A DNA stretch of 64,000 nt from Bacillales bacterium UBA5455 (GCA_002427365.1 DIQT01000007.1:67758-131757), one strand, 5' to 3'; positions 29,623-39,468 are shown, counted from the stretch's first letter. Notes: generated from the letters alone by a model not told the origin. Program-made: numbers and translations.

Positions 29623-30678
29623 ATGAACAAACTACCATTTGAAGTTGATTTAAATACTTTAGCGGTCTTAAAACAACTAAATTTAGCGAATAATAAAATT
29701 GGTGAACTTAAAGGAGTAATGAATTTACTTCCAAACCCCAATTTGGTTTTAAGCTTAATAAGTATTAGTGAATCAAAGGATTCATCCGCACTTGAAAATA
29801 TTATTACAACCTATGACGAAATTTTTAAAGAGTTAGTAGTTAAACAAAGTAAAGGCGGTAAGCCAAAAGAAGTTATTAATTATAGAGTCGCGATCTTTAA
29901 AGGATTTGATTTAGTTAAAGCAAATGGTTTTATTAGCACAAACGATATTATTAAAATTCATCAAGAAGTTGAACCAAGCGTTGGTGGAATACGCAAACTA
30001 CCAGGAACCGTTATTAAAAATGATTTAACAGGTGAAGTTGTCCATACACCGCCACAAAGCGAAAATGAAATACGCGACTTAATGGGAAACCTTGAAAAAT
30101 ATATAAATGAAAATGATGATTATGATCCATTAATTCAAATGGCAATAATTCATTATCAGTTTGAATCAATTCATCCTTTTTATGATGGTAATGGACGGGT
30201 TGGAAGAATACTAAATATTTTATATTTAGTGTTAAAAGAAAAAATTAATGAACCGATTTTTTATTTAAGTAAATATATTATTGAAAACAAAGAAGACTAC
30301 TATAAGCTTCTTAAAAAGGGCCAAGCGGATTCTAAATATTTAGAAGCGTTTGTTTTATATATTTTGAAGGGGATTGAACAAACATCAACGTTTACGATAA
30401 ATCTCATTTTAGATATTAATAATAAAATTGAACAAGCAAAAGCATTAATGCAAGAACGCTTACCAGACATTTATAAAGCGGAAATTGTTGAACACTTGTT
30501 TTCTTATATGTACACAAAGAATGAATTTTTTCGCGAAAGTTTAAATATTTCACGAGCGACTGCGACAAAGTATTTAAAGCTATTAGAAGATGAAGGTTTT
30601 GTTATATCCGAACAAGTTGGCAAAGAAGTAATTTATAAAAACGTCCAACTCTTTAATCTTATTAAAGAACGCGACTAA
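29623..30678 (+). CDS. Fic-family protein (class II: N-terminal inhibitory helix, Fic core, C-terminal winged HTH)
   Basis: Fic motif HPFYDGNGRVGR. Upstream (S/T)xxxE(G/N)-type inhibitory motif SSALEN. C-terminal wHTH-like region. Confidence 0.85.
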   Translation: MNKLPFEVDLNTLAVLKQLNLANNKIGELKGVMNLLPNPNLVLSLISISESKDSSALENIITTYDEIFKELVVKQSKGGKPKEVINYRVAIFKGFDLVKANGFISTNDIIKIHQEVEPSVGGIRKLPGTVIKNDLTGEVVHTPPQSENEIRDLMGNLEKYINENDDYDPLIQMAIIHYQFESIHPFYDGNGRVGRILNILYLVLKEKINEPIFYLSKYIIENKEDYYKLLKKGQADSKYLEAFVLYILKGIEQTSTFTINLILDINNKIEQAKALMQERLPDIYKAEIVEHLFSYMYTKNEFFRESLNISRATATKYLKLLEDEGFVISEQVGKEVIYKNVQLFNLIKERD

Positions 30679-30819
30679 TATTTACTTATCAAATATTTAT
30701 AAAATTGTAAATTATAGCCGACTTTTTTACTTATTTAATAGCAAATTATTAATTTTCGACTTTTTTGGTGTACAATAAAATTATTGATGACGAAAAAATT
30801 AGAAAAGGAGTGAGAAATA

Positions 30820-31620
30820 ATGAAAAAAGATTTGATTTTAATCACTGGTGCAACCGGGGGTATGGGCTATGAAGCCGCGCTTCACTTTGGAAAAGATTCA
30901 CGTCTTTTACTTTTAGATGTTGATGAAGAAAAACTAAAGAATCTTCAAAAAGAAATTGGCCCGCATGCAAGTTATATTAAGTTTGATATAACAAAAGGCG
31001 AAGATATTGAAAAGGTAAAGACGTTTGTTGAACAAGCGGGTGGCTTTAAACACTTAATCCACTTTGCCGGGGTTAGTGAATCAATGGGTAATAGTGAACT
31101 CATTTATAAAATTAATTTAATTGGAACAAAAGTTTTACTAAACGCCTTATATGACTTAATTGTTCCGGGTGGGGTCGTTATTAATACAAGTTCAATTACT
31201 GCGCATATGACACCGCTAGTGGAAGGCGTAGATAAGTTATTAAAAGATCCGCTAGCGGAAGATTTCTTACCCAATATTTTAAAATTAACAGAAACAACTA
31301 ACCAAGCGTATGGCTGGAGTAAACTTGGTGTTGTCGAGCTAAGTAAAATAGAAGCCATGCGGTGGGGAAAAAAGCACGCGCGGATTGTTTCAATTTCTCC
31401 TGGCGCAATTAGAACACCAATGGTTGAAAAAGAAATGGAAAAGAATGCTGAAAGTATTAATCAATTAATTGCTTTAACACCGGTCGGAAGAATTGGTGAA
31501 ACAAGTGACATTGTTAATTTAGTAAGTTTCCTTGTTAGTGATAAAGCTTCCTTCATTAGTGGTATTGATATCATTATCGATGGTGGTGTTGTCGAAGTAT
31601 TTAAAAGTTTTATGCAATAA
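30820..31620 (+). CDS. short-chain dehydrogenase/reductase (SDR) family oxidoreductase
   Basis: TGATGGMG Rossmann motif, 266 aa. Terminator AGCGCTAG..CTAGCGCT follows. Confidence 0.75.
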   Translation: MKKDLILITGATGGMGYEAALHFGKDSRLLLLDVDEEKLKNLQKEIGPHASYIKFDITKGEDIEKVKTFVEQAGGFKHLIHFAGVSESMGNSELIYKINLIGTKVLLNALYDLIVPGGVVINTSSITAHMTPLVEGVDKLLKDPLAEDFLPNILKLTETTNQAYGWSKLGVVELSKIEAMRWGKKHARIVSISPGAIRTPMVEKEMEKNAESINQLIALTPVGRIGETSDIVNLVSFLVSDKASFISGIDIIIDGGVVEVFKSFMQ

Positions 31621-31641
31621 TTAGTTATAAATTTATTTAGA

Positions 31642-31670
31642 AGCGCTAGCGAATGGGCCTAGCGCTTTTT
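31642..31670 (+). terminator. rho-independent terminator after the SDR gene
   Basis: 8-bp stem AGCGCTAG / CTAGCGCT, T-run. Confidence 0.6.
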
Positions 31671-31912
31671 AAATTTGTTTAAAGAAAAGAAATATTTATT
31701 TTAAAATTTAAAGAAAAATTATTTTTTTAAAACTTATTTAACGATTGGTTTTTATAATCTAGGGGAAATTATCAATAAGGAGGTAAAAGATAGTTCAAAT
31801 TAATAATTAAATTGATGAGTGGATGAAAGGAAATTGCAAGAAAGAGGCCCTAATCATTTATTAATAAAAAAGAAGAAAAAAATGTCAAAAAAATTATGAT
31901 TAAAATATTTAA

Positions 31913-32218
31913 GTGTTTAAAATCAAAAGAATGGATAATGGTGGGCAAAAACAACGGTTATCAATCGCTCATGGATATAAAAAGGCCCGTCGATTAACTC
32001 TTACGCTCGCAAATACTTTTCTTGAAGATTGTTCGAAATACGATATAACCGTTTTAGTTACGCTCATCGATGAACAAATCAAAACGATGATTAATGAAGT
32101 TAAAAACCTTTTCCTTAATGTGCGAAAGTTTGAAGTAAAAGAAGTAAGTACCGCCTTAGCAATTCATATTGGTCCTGAATCATTTGGACTAGCGGTTTCC
32201 AAAGTTGAAATCGCCTAG
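31913..32218 (+). pseudogene. probable C-terminal fragment of a DegV-family (fatty-acid-binding) protein
   Basis: GTG-start 101-aa ORF ending ...TALAIHIGPESFGLAVSKVEIA, like DegV C-termini. No N-terminal half. Degraded RBS-like sequence upstream without a start codon. Confidence 0.35.
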
Positions 32219-32260
32219 GCGTTTTATTTAAAACAGCGCTAGGTTTTATATAAAAGAATT

Positions 32261-32280
32261 ATATTACCGAAAGGTAATAT
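32261..32280. promoter_or_regulatory. perfect palindrome ATATTACCGAAAGGTAATAT; candidate HipB operator
   Basis: Read directly. Related copies at 32381-32400 (ATATTACCGAGAGGGTATAT, overlapping -10/RBS) and a half-site GTAATAT at 32334-32340. Confidence 0.5.
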
Positions 32281-32380
32281 TTTTCTTTTTTAATTCTCTA
32301 TTTTAAAAGAAAAAACGAAAATGTTCCCGTAAAGTAATATTAGGCCAAAAATTCTTGAATAATTAATTTTAAATGATATA

Positions 32381-32400
32381 ATATTACCGAGAGGGTATAT
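32381..32400. promoter_or_regulatory. second, imperfect copy of the hipB operator-like palindrome, directly upstream of the hipB start and overlapping TGATATAAT
   Basis: Sequence ATATTACCGAGAGGGTATAT. Confidence 0.45.
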
Positions 32401-32401
32401 T

Positions 32402-32605
32402 ATGGAAATGAAGGAACTTGGACGTCTAATTAAGGAAAGAAGAAAAAATCTTGGATTAACGCAAGCATATCTTGCGGCGCTTTCTAATACCGGAATTCGT
32501 TTTATTATTGAACTTGAAGCCGGAAAGCCAACCGTTCAGGTTAATAAGGTTTTAGATGTGCTTAATGTTCTTAATTTGAAAGTGGAAATAAAAGTTAATG
32601 AATAA
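32402..32605 (+). CDS. hipB: XRE-family HTH antitoxin (HipB-like)
   Basis: 67 aa, HTH (LGLTQAYLAALSNTGIRFIIELEAGK). Overlaps the hipA start by 8 nt. Confidence 0.75.
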   Translation: MEMKELGRLIKERRKNLGLTQAYLAALSNTGIRFIIELEAGKPTVQVNKVLDVLNVLNLKVEIKVNE

Positions 32606-33800
32606 AATTTTAAAAGTATATCTTGAAAATGATTATGTTGGAGATTTGATTGAAAAAAACGGCCAACGACTTCGTTTTGTTTATAATGAAAATGTGCATG
32701 TTGATATTTCATTAAAAATGCCTCATGCAATAAAAACTCATTATCATAAAGTGGTATATGCTTTTTTTGAGAATTTATTGCCTGAAGGAAATATCTTAGA
32801 GCTAGTTGCTAAAAGCAAAGGCGTTTCACAAAATAATCCGTTTTCTCTTTTAAGCGTAATTGGTGAAGATTGTGCGGGCGCAATTCATTTACATACGGAT
32901 TCGCCAAGCATAGAAAAAACACCGCGAGAATTTATTAGTAAAGATGACATTAATCATATAGCAATCAATAAAGATGGCGCACGGATTGTTTATCAAAAAG
33001 GCAACCGCCTTTCTTTAGCGGGCGCGCAAGATAAGACAACAGTTATTATTGATAATGATGAATTTTATGCGCCTAATTTTTCTTTTCCCTCAACGCACAT
33101 CTTGAAATTTGATAACAATTATTATGAAAACATTTTATATAATGAATTATTTTGTACACGCTTAGCCGCGACGCTTAATCTCCCAGTTTCAAAAATGGAA
33201 CTTATTAATGAATGTGAAACACCATATTTATTAATCGAACGATTTGATCGAAGCAAAAACGGAAACACTATCCGTCGCTTGCATCAAGAAGATTTTTGTC
33301 AACTATTAACGGTTAGTTCCAAAAATAAATATCAAAAAGAAGGTGGGCCTTCTTTTAAAGAAGTTATCGAGACAATTAACGAATATTCTTATCGATCCGC
33401 TAGCGATACATTAATGATTGCTAAAATATTAGTGTTCAATGTTTTAATTGGTAATTGTGATTATCACGGAAAAAATTTATCAATACTTCACCAAACACGT
33501 TCCTTAACACCATTTTATGATTTGGTGTCAACGGTTATTTATGAACATATCTCCCAAGATATGGCGATGGCGGTTAATAAAAAATATAATATTTCAATGA
33601 TAACTAAAAAAGACATTATTACTGAATTTAATAAATGGGGGATTAATGGTGAACGAATGCTTGCCTTAATCGTTAATGATTTTAAACATATTATTAAAAA
33701 TGCCCATGAACTTAGCAAAGAAGAAGTCTTTTCTTCAAAGCAAGAAGACATTTCTAAAATAATTAAATTTATCGAAAGCCAATTCAAAAAAATATCGTAA
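32598..33800 (+). CDS. hipA: HipA-family serine/threonine kinase toxin
   Basis: 400 aa with HipA N-terminal and C-terminal kinase domains. Catalytic motif CDYHGKNLSIL (D-x-H-x-K-N). Confidence 0.8.
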   Translation: MNKILKVYLENDYVGDLIEKNGQRLRFVYNENVHVDISLKMPHAIKTHYHKVVYAFFENLLPEGNILELVAKSKGVSQNNPFSLLSVIGEDCAGAIHLHTDSPSIEKTPREFISKDDINHIAINKDGARIVYQKGNRLSLAGAQDKTTVIIDNDEFYAPNFSFPSTHILKFDNNYYENILYNELFCTRLAATLNLPVSKMELINECETPYLLIERFDRSKNGNTIRRLHQEDFCQLLTVSSKNKYQKEGGPSFKEVIETINEYSYRSASDTLMIAKILVFNVLIGNCDYHGKNLSILHQTRSLTPFYDLVSTVIYEHISQDMAMAVNKKYNISMITKKDIITEFNKWGINGERMLALIVNDFKHIIKNAHELSKEEVFSSKQEDISKIIKFIESQFKKIS

Positions 33801-33864
33801 CGATAAAAATAATTAACAAACTTGTTTTTTATAAATACAAACTTTTTAGTTCGGAAATATTACA

Positions 33865-34128
33865 TTATTTTTTATAAGCACGATTAGTTATATCGCGACA
33901 AATAACGTCTGTTGTAAGATAAATAATTTTATTATTCGTTTTTGGCTCTTTAATCCGTTCAATTAATGTGAAAATTACTTGTCTACCAAACGTTTTTTTA
34001 TCAATATTAACCGTCGTTAATGCTGGTGCGGCAAGGTGTGCTTTAATTGTATTATCAAAATGCCTTTGAAACAACGTTATAAGTAAATTCCACGAAACAG
34101 TATCTAAATGAACTAGCAGGACAAACAA
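33865..34128 (-). pseudogene. C-terminal fragment of a LacI-family regulator
   Basis: Only ...APALTTVNIDKKTFGRQVIFTLIERIKEP (LacI C-terminal periplasmic-binding-like fold) is recognisable. The 5' part is unrelated read-through with no HTH. Confidence 0.45.
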
Positions 34129-34244
34129 AAGATTTAAACTTTGAATTTAGTCCAAATAGTGGACGAGAAACAATTACACTCTTTGATAATCAAGCTGGTG
34201 AACATGTTGAAGTTACGATTAATAGTTTCGATATAATTGTCTAA
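34083..34244 (+). pseudogene. orphan 3' gene fragment (no start codon)
   Basis: Open frame VNSTKQYLNELAGQTKDLNFEFSPNSGRETITLFDNQAGEHVEVTINSFDIIV* starts right after a TAA with no initiator. Confidence 0.3.
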
Positions 34245-34380
34245 GGTCATTATTACCTTCTTATAAAATATGAAGATTCTCTTGTTCGAGAGTCTTTTTA
34301 TTTAGTGTAGATATTTGTTATATAAAATAATAAACTATAAATATAGTTCAGATGAAGAAGCTAATTCACATGGAGTAAAT

Positions 34381-34899
34381 ATGGTTGCAATTAGAAGTAA
34401 TTATTTAAGTCCTTTGGGGAATCTAGTGCTTATCGCAAATGAAGAAGCACTCTTTTCGTTAGGCTTTGAAGAACGAATCGAAGAAGAACAAGAAAACTCG
34501 ACATTAATTAAAGTAAAGGCATGGTTAGATAAATACTTTAATCATGAGCGCCCTAATCCTTATGACTTACCTTTATCGCTAAAAGGGACACCATTTCAAA
34601 TTGAAGTATGGAATATTTTATTAACGATTCCTTATGGTGAAACATTAACGTATGGCGATATTGCAAAAATTATTGCCACTCGACGTAATCTTAACCGAAT
34701 GTCCGCCCAGGCAGTTGGAGGAGCAGTGGGCGCTAATCCGCTTCCCCTTATTATTCCTTGCCACCGCGTCATTGGAGCGAATAATACTTTAGGCGGATAT
34801 TCTGGCGGAGAGGGAATTAAGACAAAAATTAGTCTCTTAAAACACGAAGGTGTTGATGTTAGTCGCTTCAAGTATTTAAAAGGAGAAGAACGAATATGA
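34381..34899 (+). CDS. ogt: methylated-DNA-[protein]-cysteine S-methyltransferase (Ogt/MGMT)
   Basis: Active-site PCHRV motif (IIPCHRVIG). GGAG RBS before ATG 34381. The track ORF from 34315 probably over-extends. Confidence 0.8.
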   Translation: MVAIRSNYLSPLGNLVLIANEEALFSLGFEERIEEEQENSTLIKVKAWLDKYFNHERPNPYDLPLSLKGTPFQIEVWNILLTIPYGETLTYGDIAKIIATRRNLNRMSAQAVGGAVGANPLPLIIPCHRVIGANNTLGGYSGGEGIKTKISLLKHEGVDVSRFKYLKGEERI

Positions 34900-35252
34900 A
34901 AACATTTGCTAACATTCTATGGTTTATCTTTGGCGGCTTTATTAGCGCAATTCTTTATTTTCTTGTCGGTTGTTTATTATATCTAACGATTATTGGAATT
35001 CCTTTTGCTAACCAACTATTTAAAATGGCGAAACTCGTCTTAAAGCCCTTTGGCACGAACGTTAAGCTTAACTTTGCTAAACACCCAATTGCAAATACGA
35101 TTTGGGTTATTTTCTTTGGTTGGGAATTTGCCATCGGCCACTTAATTAGTGCATTATTATTTTTTGTAACAATCATTGGTATTCCGTTTGGTCTACAATG
35201 GGTAAAATTTGCGAAACTCGCGCTATTCCCTTTTGGCGCGCGCGTTAAATAA
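34896..35252 (+). CDS. yccF: YccF-family inner membrane protein (two DUF307 repeats)
   Basis: 118 aa with duplicated IIGIPFG..Q..K(M/F)AKL motif. Confidence 0.7.
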   Translation: MKTFANILWFIFGGFISAILYFLVGCLLYLTIIGIPFANQLFKMAKLVLKPFGTNVKLNFAKHPIANTIWVIFFGWEFAIGHLISALLFFVTIIGIPFGLQWVKFAKLALFPFGARVK

Positions 35253-35302
35253 AAAAAGAAACGTTAATAACATTTCTTTTCTTTTAGATTATTTAATTAA
35301 TT

Positions 35303-37696
35303 TTACCAGCGATTATGGGCGTGCTCATAAAAGCCAAGTAAGTTATCAAGATGAATAACTTCACCTGTATCAAGCTTAATTGTGCCATTATAATAGCAAT
35401 GAATTTGATGACACTTCATAAAGATAAGTTTTAAATCAAGATCGTTAAAGCGGTCATAGATGGGCGTTAAGACTAAATCAACGGTTCCCTCGTCATCTTT
35501 TAAATGCATCGGCGCCGTATAATCATTTTCCATTGGAGTTACTTGATAAATCCGGTTGAGCTTATACGCTTTACCCGCTAAGAAAAGCATGTTTTCGCCT
35601 GATGCCGTTAAATCACCAAAACCATAACCGGTATTTAAACCAATTTCTCGGCCATCTTTTAAACGCGAAGACAAGGAACCCCAGTACCAATTTTCTTCAA
35701 GTGGCCAAACACCCCGACCCCAATCTAAGACCGTAAATGAATTATCTTCCTCGAAGGTGATTTTCTCTTTACCGATTTGGATATATCCTTTTGTTTTTAA
35801 GTTATTGATTTTATAGTTTAAATAAAAGTGTTTAGACGATTTATAAAAGGGGGTATTGATGACCATTGCTTCATGAAGAGGTAATTCATCTAATTCAAAA
35901 CAAACTTTCCAAGGTACATTATCTTTATCAACCGCGTGACCATAAAGTTCACGCTTCTTCCCAACTTTTCGAAAGGTTAATTCATAGTCTTTATGTTTAA
36001 GCGTTACTTCATGATCATCGTGGGGATTTTCATTTAGTCCAAGTGATTTACCTTTAAATAGTTTAATAATGTTAATATCTTTCCTTGTTTTCGTTTCTAA
36101 ATCAATTAAAGAAAGCGCGCTATTTTGGATATAAGTAATATGACCAATTGTTAACTGGACGACATAACGATCATTATTAACTTGATAGAAGTCCCATTCT
36201 TTTAAGCGACCTTTCTTTTTAACATCTTTACGTTGATAAACAAAATTAAAATCCTTCGCGTAGCCATGATTAATATGGTTTCCTTTTTTATCAAAGATTA
36301 AGGTGTTAGGTGTATCAATTTCAACTTCATCACTTAATAAAGCTGCAAGTTGCGTTTGTTTAATCCGGTAATCATGTTCTTTCTTCAATCTAAATAATGG
36401 AATTAATGCAAGCGCCATTATAATCGCACCAGCGAAGAACAAGACTTCAGTTGGCGCATACCCATCCATAAATACATTAGGCGCAACTTCAATGCTAACT
36501 GCTTTTCCTAAACCTTGAATTAATGGTTCGGAGATAAGACCGCTAAGACCCATAGGAATTAAAACAAAGAAGAGAACGCGTAATCCTTCAAATTGTCCGG
36601 CGTAACCTTCGGGATATAAGGCTTTCACCCAGACGGAAGAAGTTTGGATAAATATAATAAAGCCTGTCGCCATAACAACAACACCGATTAATAATGGAAT
36701 GTTCGTAACACTCCATAAGTTTGTTGGATCGTTATTAGACGCAATAAAGCCTAAAAACACTAAAGAAATAACACTAAGAAGGATGCCAAGCAAAACCATT
36801 AAGGGTGATTTCCGTTTATTAATCGCTCGTCCCGTTGGAATTGCCGCTAATAAGGCAATCGCCATTCCACCACCTTGGATAAAGCCGCTATCCATTGTGG
36901 TAAAGCCATAGTTATAAATTAATAAGTTACCAATATGCATATAGAAGACATTAAAACCGATGGAAAATAAAGCGGCGATAATAAATAAGTAAAATAATTC
37001 TTTATGTCCTTTTAGTTTTTTAAAACTAAATGCTTCCCCAAATTGTTTCCAAAATGATCCGCGAACATTTGGTTCTAGGCTGGGTTTGTCTTTTAAAAGA
37101 ATTAATGATAATAATCCAACTAAAATTACAAAGCCCCCGATAATCGAAAAGAACGCTAAGTAACCAAACTTTTCAATTACAACGCCGCCAAGTAATGTTC
37201 CAACAATTGTCCCCAAAACCGGTAAGACGGCAAGAACTGCCCCAATACTACCTTGGTTCTTTTCATCGACAAGGTCGGCCGTCCAAGCATTAAGCCCGGA
37301 GTCATTACCCATTGAGCCAAAGAAACTCATAATACAGTCGGCAATAACAATTGTTGTCGCCATTAGCCATAAGGGGAAATACTCATTTAAGTATCCTGTT
37401 GTGCCAAAGCCAATCGTAAAGATTCCCCAAATAATATAACCAATCCAAATAAATGGTTTTCGTTTTCCTGCTCGATCGGAAAGAGTTCCAAAATAAAAGG
37501 TGGAAAATGTTGTAACAAGCGCACTTAAAGCGACCATTACATTAATAATCCACGAATACGGTCCGACTTTTGCGTATACATACGTATTAAACCAAACATT
37601 TTCAATGTTCCAGCAGAGTTGACCTGCTAATCCAACAACGAGAATTAAAAAAATATTTCTTGCCTTATCGTTTTGGCGTGTTTTCACTTTATTCAT
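35303..37696 (-). CDS. fusion of an MFS transporter (N-terminal ~470 aa, 12 TM) with a C-terminal ~330-aa soluble DUF2804-like domain
   Basis: Hydrophobic MFS repeats then a soluble domain (…GWPLEENWYWGSLSS…GYGFGD…). Start reassigned to ATG 37696 (MNKVKTRQ) behind an AAGGAAG RBS. Confidence 0.6.
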   Translation of the reverse strand: MNKVKTRQNDKARNIFLILVVGLAGQLCWNIENVWFNTYVYAKVGPYSWIINVMVALSALVTTFSTFYFGTLSDRAGKRKPFIWIGYIIWGIFTIGFGTTGYLNEYFPLWLMATTIVIADCIMSFFGSMGNDSGLNAWTADLVDEKNQGSIGAVLAVLPVLGTIVGTLLGGVVIEKFGYLAFFSIIGGFVILVGLLSLILLKDKPSLEPNVRGSFWKQFGEAFSFKKLKGHKELFYLFIIAALFSIGFNVFYMHIGNLLIYNYGFTTMDSGFIQGGGMAIALLAAIPTGRAINKRKSPLMVLLGILLSVISLVFLGFIASNNDPTNLWSVTNIPLLIGVVVMATGFIIFIQTSSVWVKALYPEGYAGQFEGLRVLFFVLIPMGLSGLISEPLIQGLGKAVSIEVAPNVFMDGYAPTEVLFFAGAIIMALALIPLFRLKKEHDYRIKQTQLAALLSDEVEIDTPNTLIFDKKGNHINHGYAKDFNFVYQRKDVKKKGRLKEWDFYQVNNDRYVVQLTIGHITYIQNSALSLIDLETKTRKDINIIKLFKGKSLGLNENPHDDHEVTLKHKDYELTFRKVGKKRELYGHAVDKDNVPWKVCFELDELPLHEAMVINTPFYKSSKHFYLNYKINNLKTKGYIQIGKEKITFEEDNSFTVLDWGRGVWPLEENWYWGSLSSRLKDGREIGLNTGYGFGDLTASGENMLFLAGKAYKLNRIYQVTPMENDYTAPMHLKDDEGTVDLVLTPIYDRFNDLDLKLIFMKCHQIHCYYNGTIKLDTGEVIHLDNLLGFYEHAHNRW

Positions 37697-38097
37697 ATTC
37701 CATATCTTCCTTTGTAGTTTAAGTATAGAGAAAAACAAAAAGCATTGCAATAAATGACAACATAGTAATTCTAATCAAAATAACTAATAATGACACTGTC
37801 TAAGAAAAAGACAAAATAAAGATTAATAAAGGTGAAAAAATTGTTAAAATGAAAGAGGAAGTTCTTTACAATTAGTTTAGACTTAAAAAATATACAATTA
37901 TTAAAACGAAGATTACTCTTAAGGAAGCATCGTAAGCGACTAGTTTTAACGATAATGAATTCACGCTACCGAAAAAACGTCATTTATGCTAAATTGATAA
38001 CAAAGGTAAAACGTGACTTATTTATCCTAACTTACGAGAAAACAAGGTTGCATTAATAAGAAAAATTCTTATTTAAAATTGTTGGGGGAGGTAAAAA

Positions 38098-38775
38098 ATG
38101 TCTTATTTAATTTATATCGTTGAAGAAGATTTCGATATTGCACATATCATTAATTCAACATTAAGCAAGTATCCTGATTATGAAGTGCGGAGCTTTTATA
38201 ATAAGGAATCGTTTTTATCAGCCTTTCGGCGGACACGGCCAAACCTAATTATTTTAGATATTAATTTAACTAATTTAAAAACCACCGAATTTATTCAAAA
38301 AATTTATTTAGAACAATATTATGAAGAAGTTGCGATTATTATGACATCATCACGGTCATCATATTCTTCAAAAATCGTCGGAGCAAATAAAGAACAAGTT
38401 GAATACTTAGAAAGGCCCTTAGATATTATGGAGCTTTTAGCGCTTGTTAAGAAACGCTACAAACAATATAAACAAACACGTATTTTAAAAGCGGGCAACG
38501 TCACCCTTTTTCTTGATGAACGGCTTGCCAAAAAAGAGAGGGAAGAAATATCTTTAACACCGCATGAAGTAACAATCCTTTCCACATTAATGAAAGGTAA
38601 AGGCGGTGTTGTTATTCGCGAAGAACTTCTTAAATCAATCTGGGGAGCAGATGCCTCATTTGTGACGCGAACTGTTGATATGCATATTAAATCAATTCGC
38701 CGTAAACTTGGTGATGATGATGGACGATATATTATGACAGTTTATGGAAAAGGGTATAAGATAGTAGATAGTTAA
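38098..38775 (+). CDS. orphan OmpR/PhoB-family response regulator (receiver + winged-helix) with an atypical receiver
   Basis: Receiver Asp in LIILDINL, T in IIMTSS, but the conserved Lys is replaced (ERP for KP). C-terminal trans_reg_C motif. No histidine kinase nearby. Confidence 0.65.
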   Translation: MSYLIYIVEEDFDIAHIINSTLSKYPDYEVRSFYNKESFLSAFRRTRPNLIILDINLTNLKTTEFIQKIYLEQYYEEVAIIMTSSRSSYSSKIVGANKEQVEYLERPLDIMELLALVKKRYKQYKQTRILKAGNVTLFLDERLAKKEREEISLTPHEVTILSTLMKGKGGVVIREELLKSIWGADASFVTRTVDMHIKSIRRKLGDDDGRYIMTVYGKGYKIVDS

Positions 38776-38796
38776 TAGATATGAGGTAGATGACTT

Positions 38797-39468
38797 ATGC
38801 TTAATCAACGAATTAATAATTATGAAGTTATTAATATAAATACTTATTTAGGACGAAAACATTTTCTTGCTTTTAAAGATCTTGATACCCCAACATATGC
38901 ATTCACAACGGAACTCGATATTTCGCTTTTTTATGCTTATATTAAAAAACATAATTTACCCGCGTATTTATCATTAATTTATTTAATTAATAATGCCATT
39001 AATAAGATTCCGGAATTTCGGTTGCGATATGTTAATAACGAACTTCGCTTATACGAATACGCTGATCCAGGTTTTACGATTATGACCGATTTAGGCAGGT
39101 ATGATAACTGTGATGATGTTCGAATTCATAGCGATTATCAAACATTTATTGCGGAAGGTCGCCAAGAAATTAATCGCCTGAAAGATGGTTCAGGTTTATT
39201 ACTTGAACAAAATGATACAAGATATGATTATATTTTTTATTCCTCGGTTCCATGGATTGAACTTACGTCCTTAACGCAAGTCATGAACAATGATGAATTC
39301 GCGTATATCCCACGCATTGCTTGGGATAAATTTAAAATAACTGACGATAAAGTAACAATGCATTTATTTATGCAAGTTCATCATGCAGTAATTGATGGCT
39401 ACCCTGCCGCACTTGCGGTTCAAGAAATTCAAAAAGCGCTCAATGACCCTAAAGGTAGTCTAACTTAA
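38797..39468 (+). CDS. type-A chloramphenicol O-acetyltransferase (CAT) family protein
   Basis: 223 aa. C-terminal MHLFMQVHHAVIDGYPAALAVQEIQ aligns with CAT catalytic LQVHHSVCDGYHAGLF. N-terminal pattern is similar to CATs. Confidence 0.65.
   Translation: MLNQRINNYEVININTYLGRKHFLAFKDLDTPTYAFTTELDISLFYAYIKKHNLPAYLSLIYLINNAINKIPEFRLRYVNNELRLYEYADPGFTIMTDLGRYDNCDDVRIHSDYQTFIAEGRQEINRLKDGSGLLLEQNDTRYDYIFYSSVPWIELTSLTQVMNNDEFAYIPRIAWDKFKITDDKVTMHLFMQVHHAVIDGYPAALAVQEIQKALNDPKGSLT

Noticed and set aside
30700-30770. Recurrent CGACTTTTTT motif (29513-29527, 30715-30727, 30749-30762)
   Set aside because: Only the first copy is part of a hairpin. The others have no complementary arm and sit in AT-rich DNA, so they are likely chance occurrences.
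25434-34320. Searched for an integrase or a direct repeat of the tRNA 3' end to delimit an integrated element
   Set aside because: No integrase/recombinase ORF and no obvious repeat of ...CAGCTCCACCA was seen. The island boundary therefore remains based on composition only.
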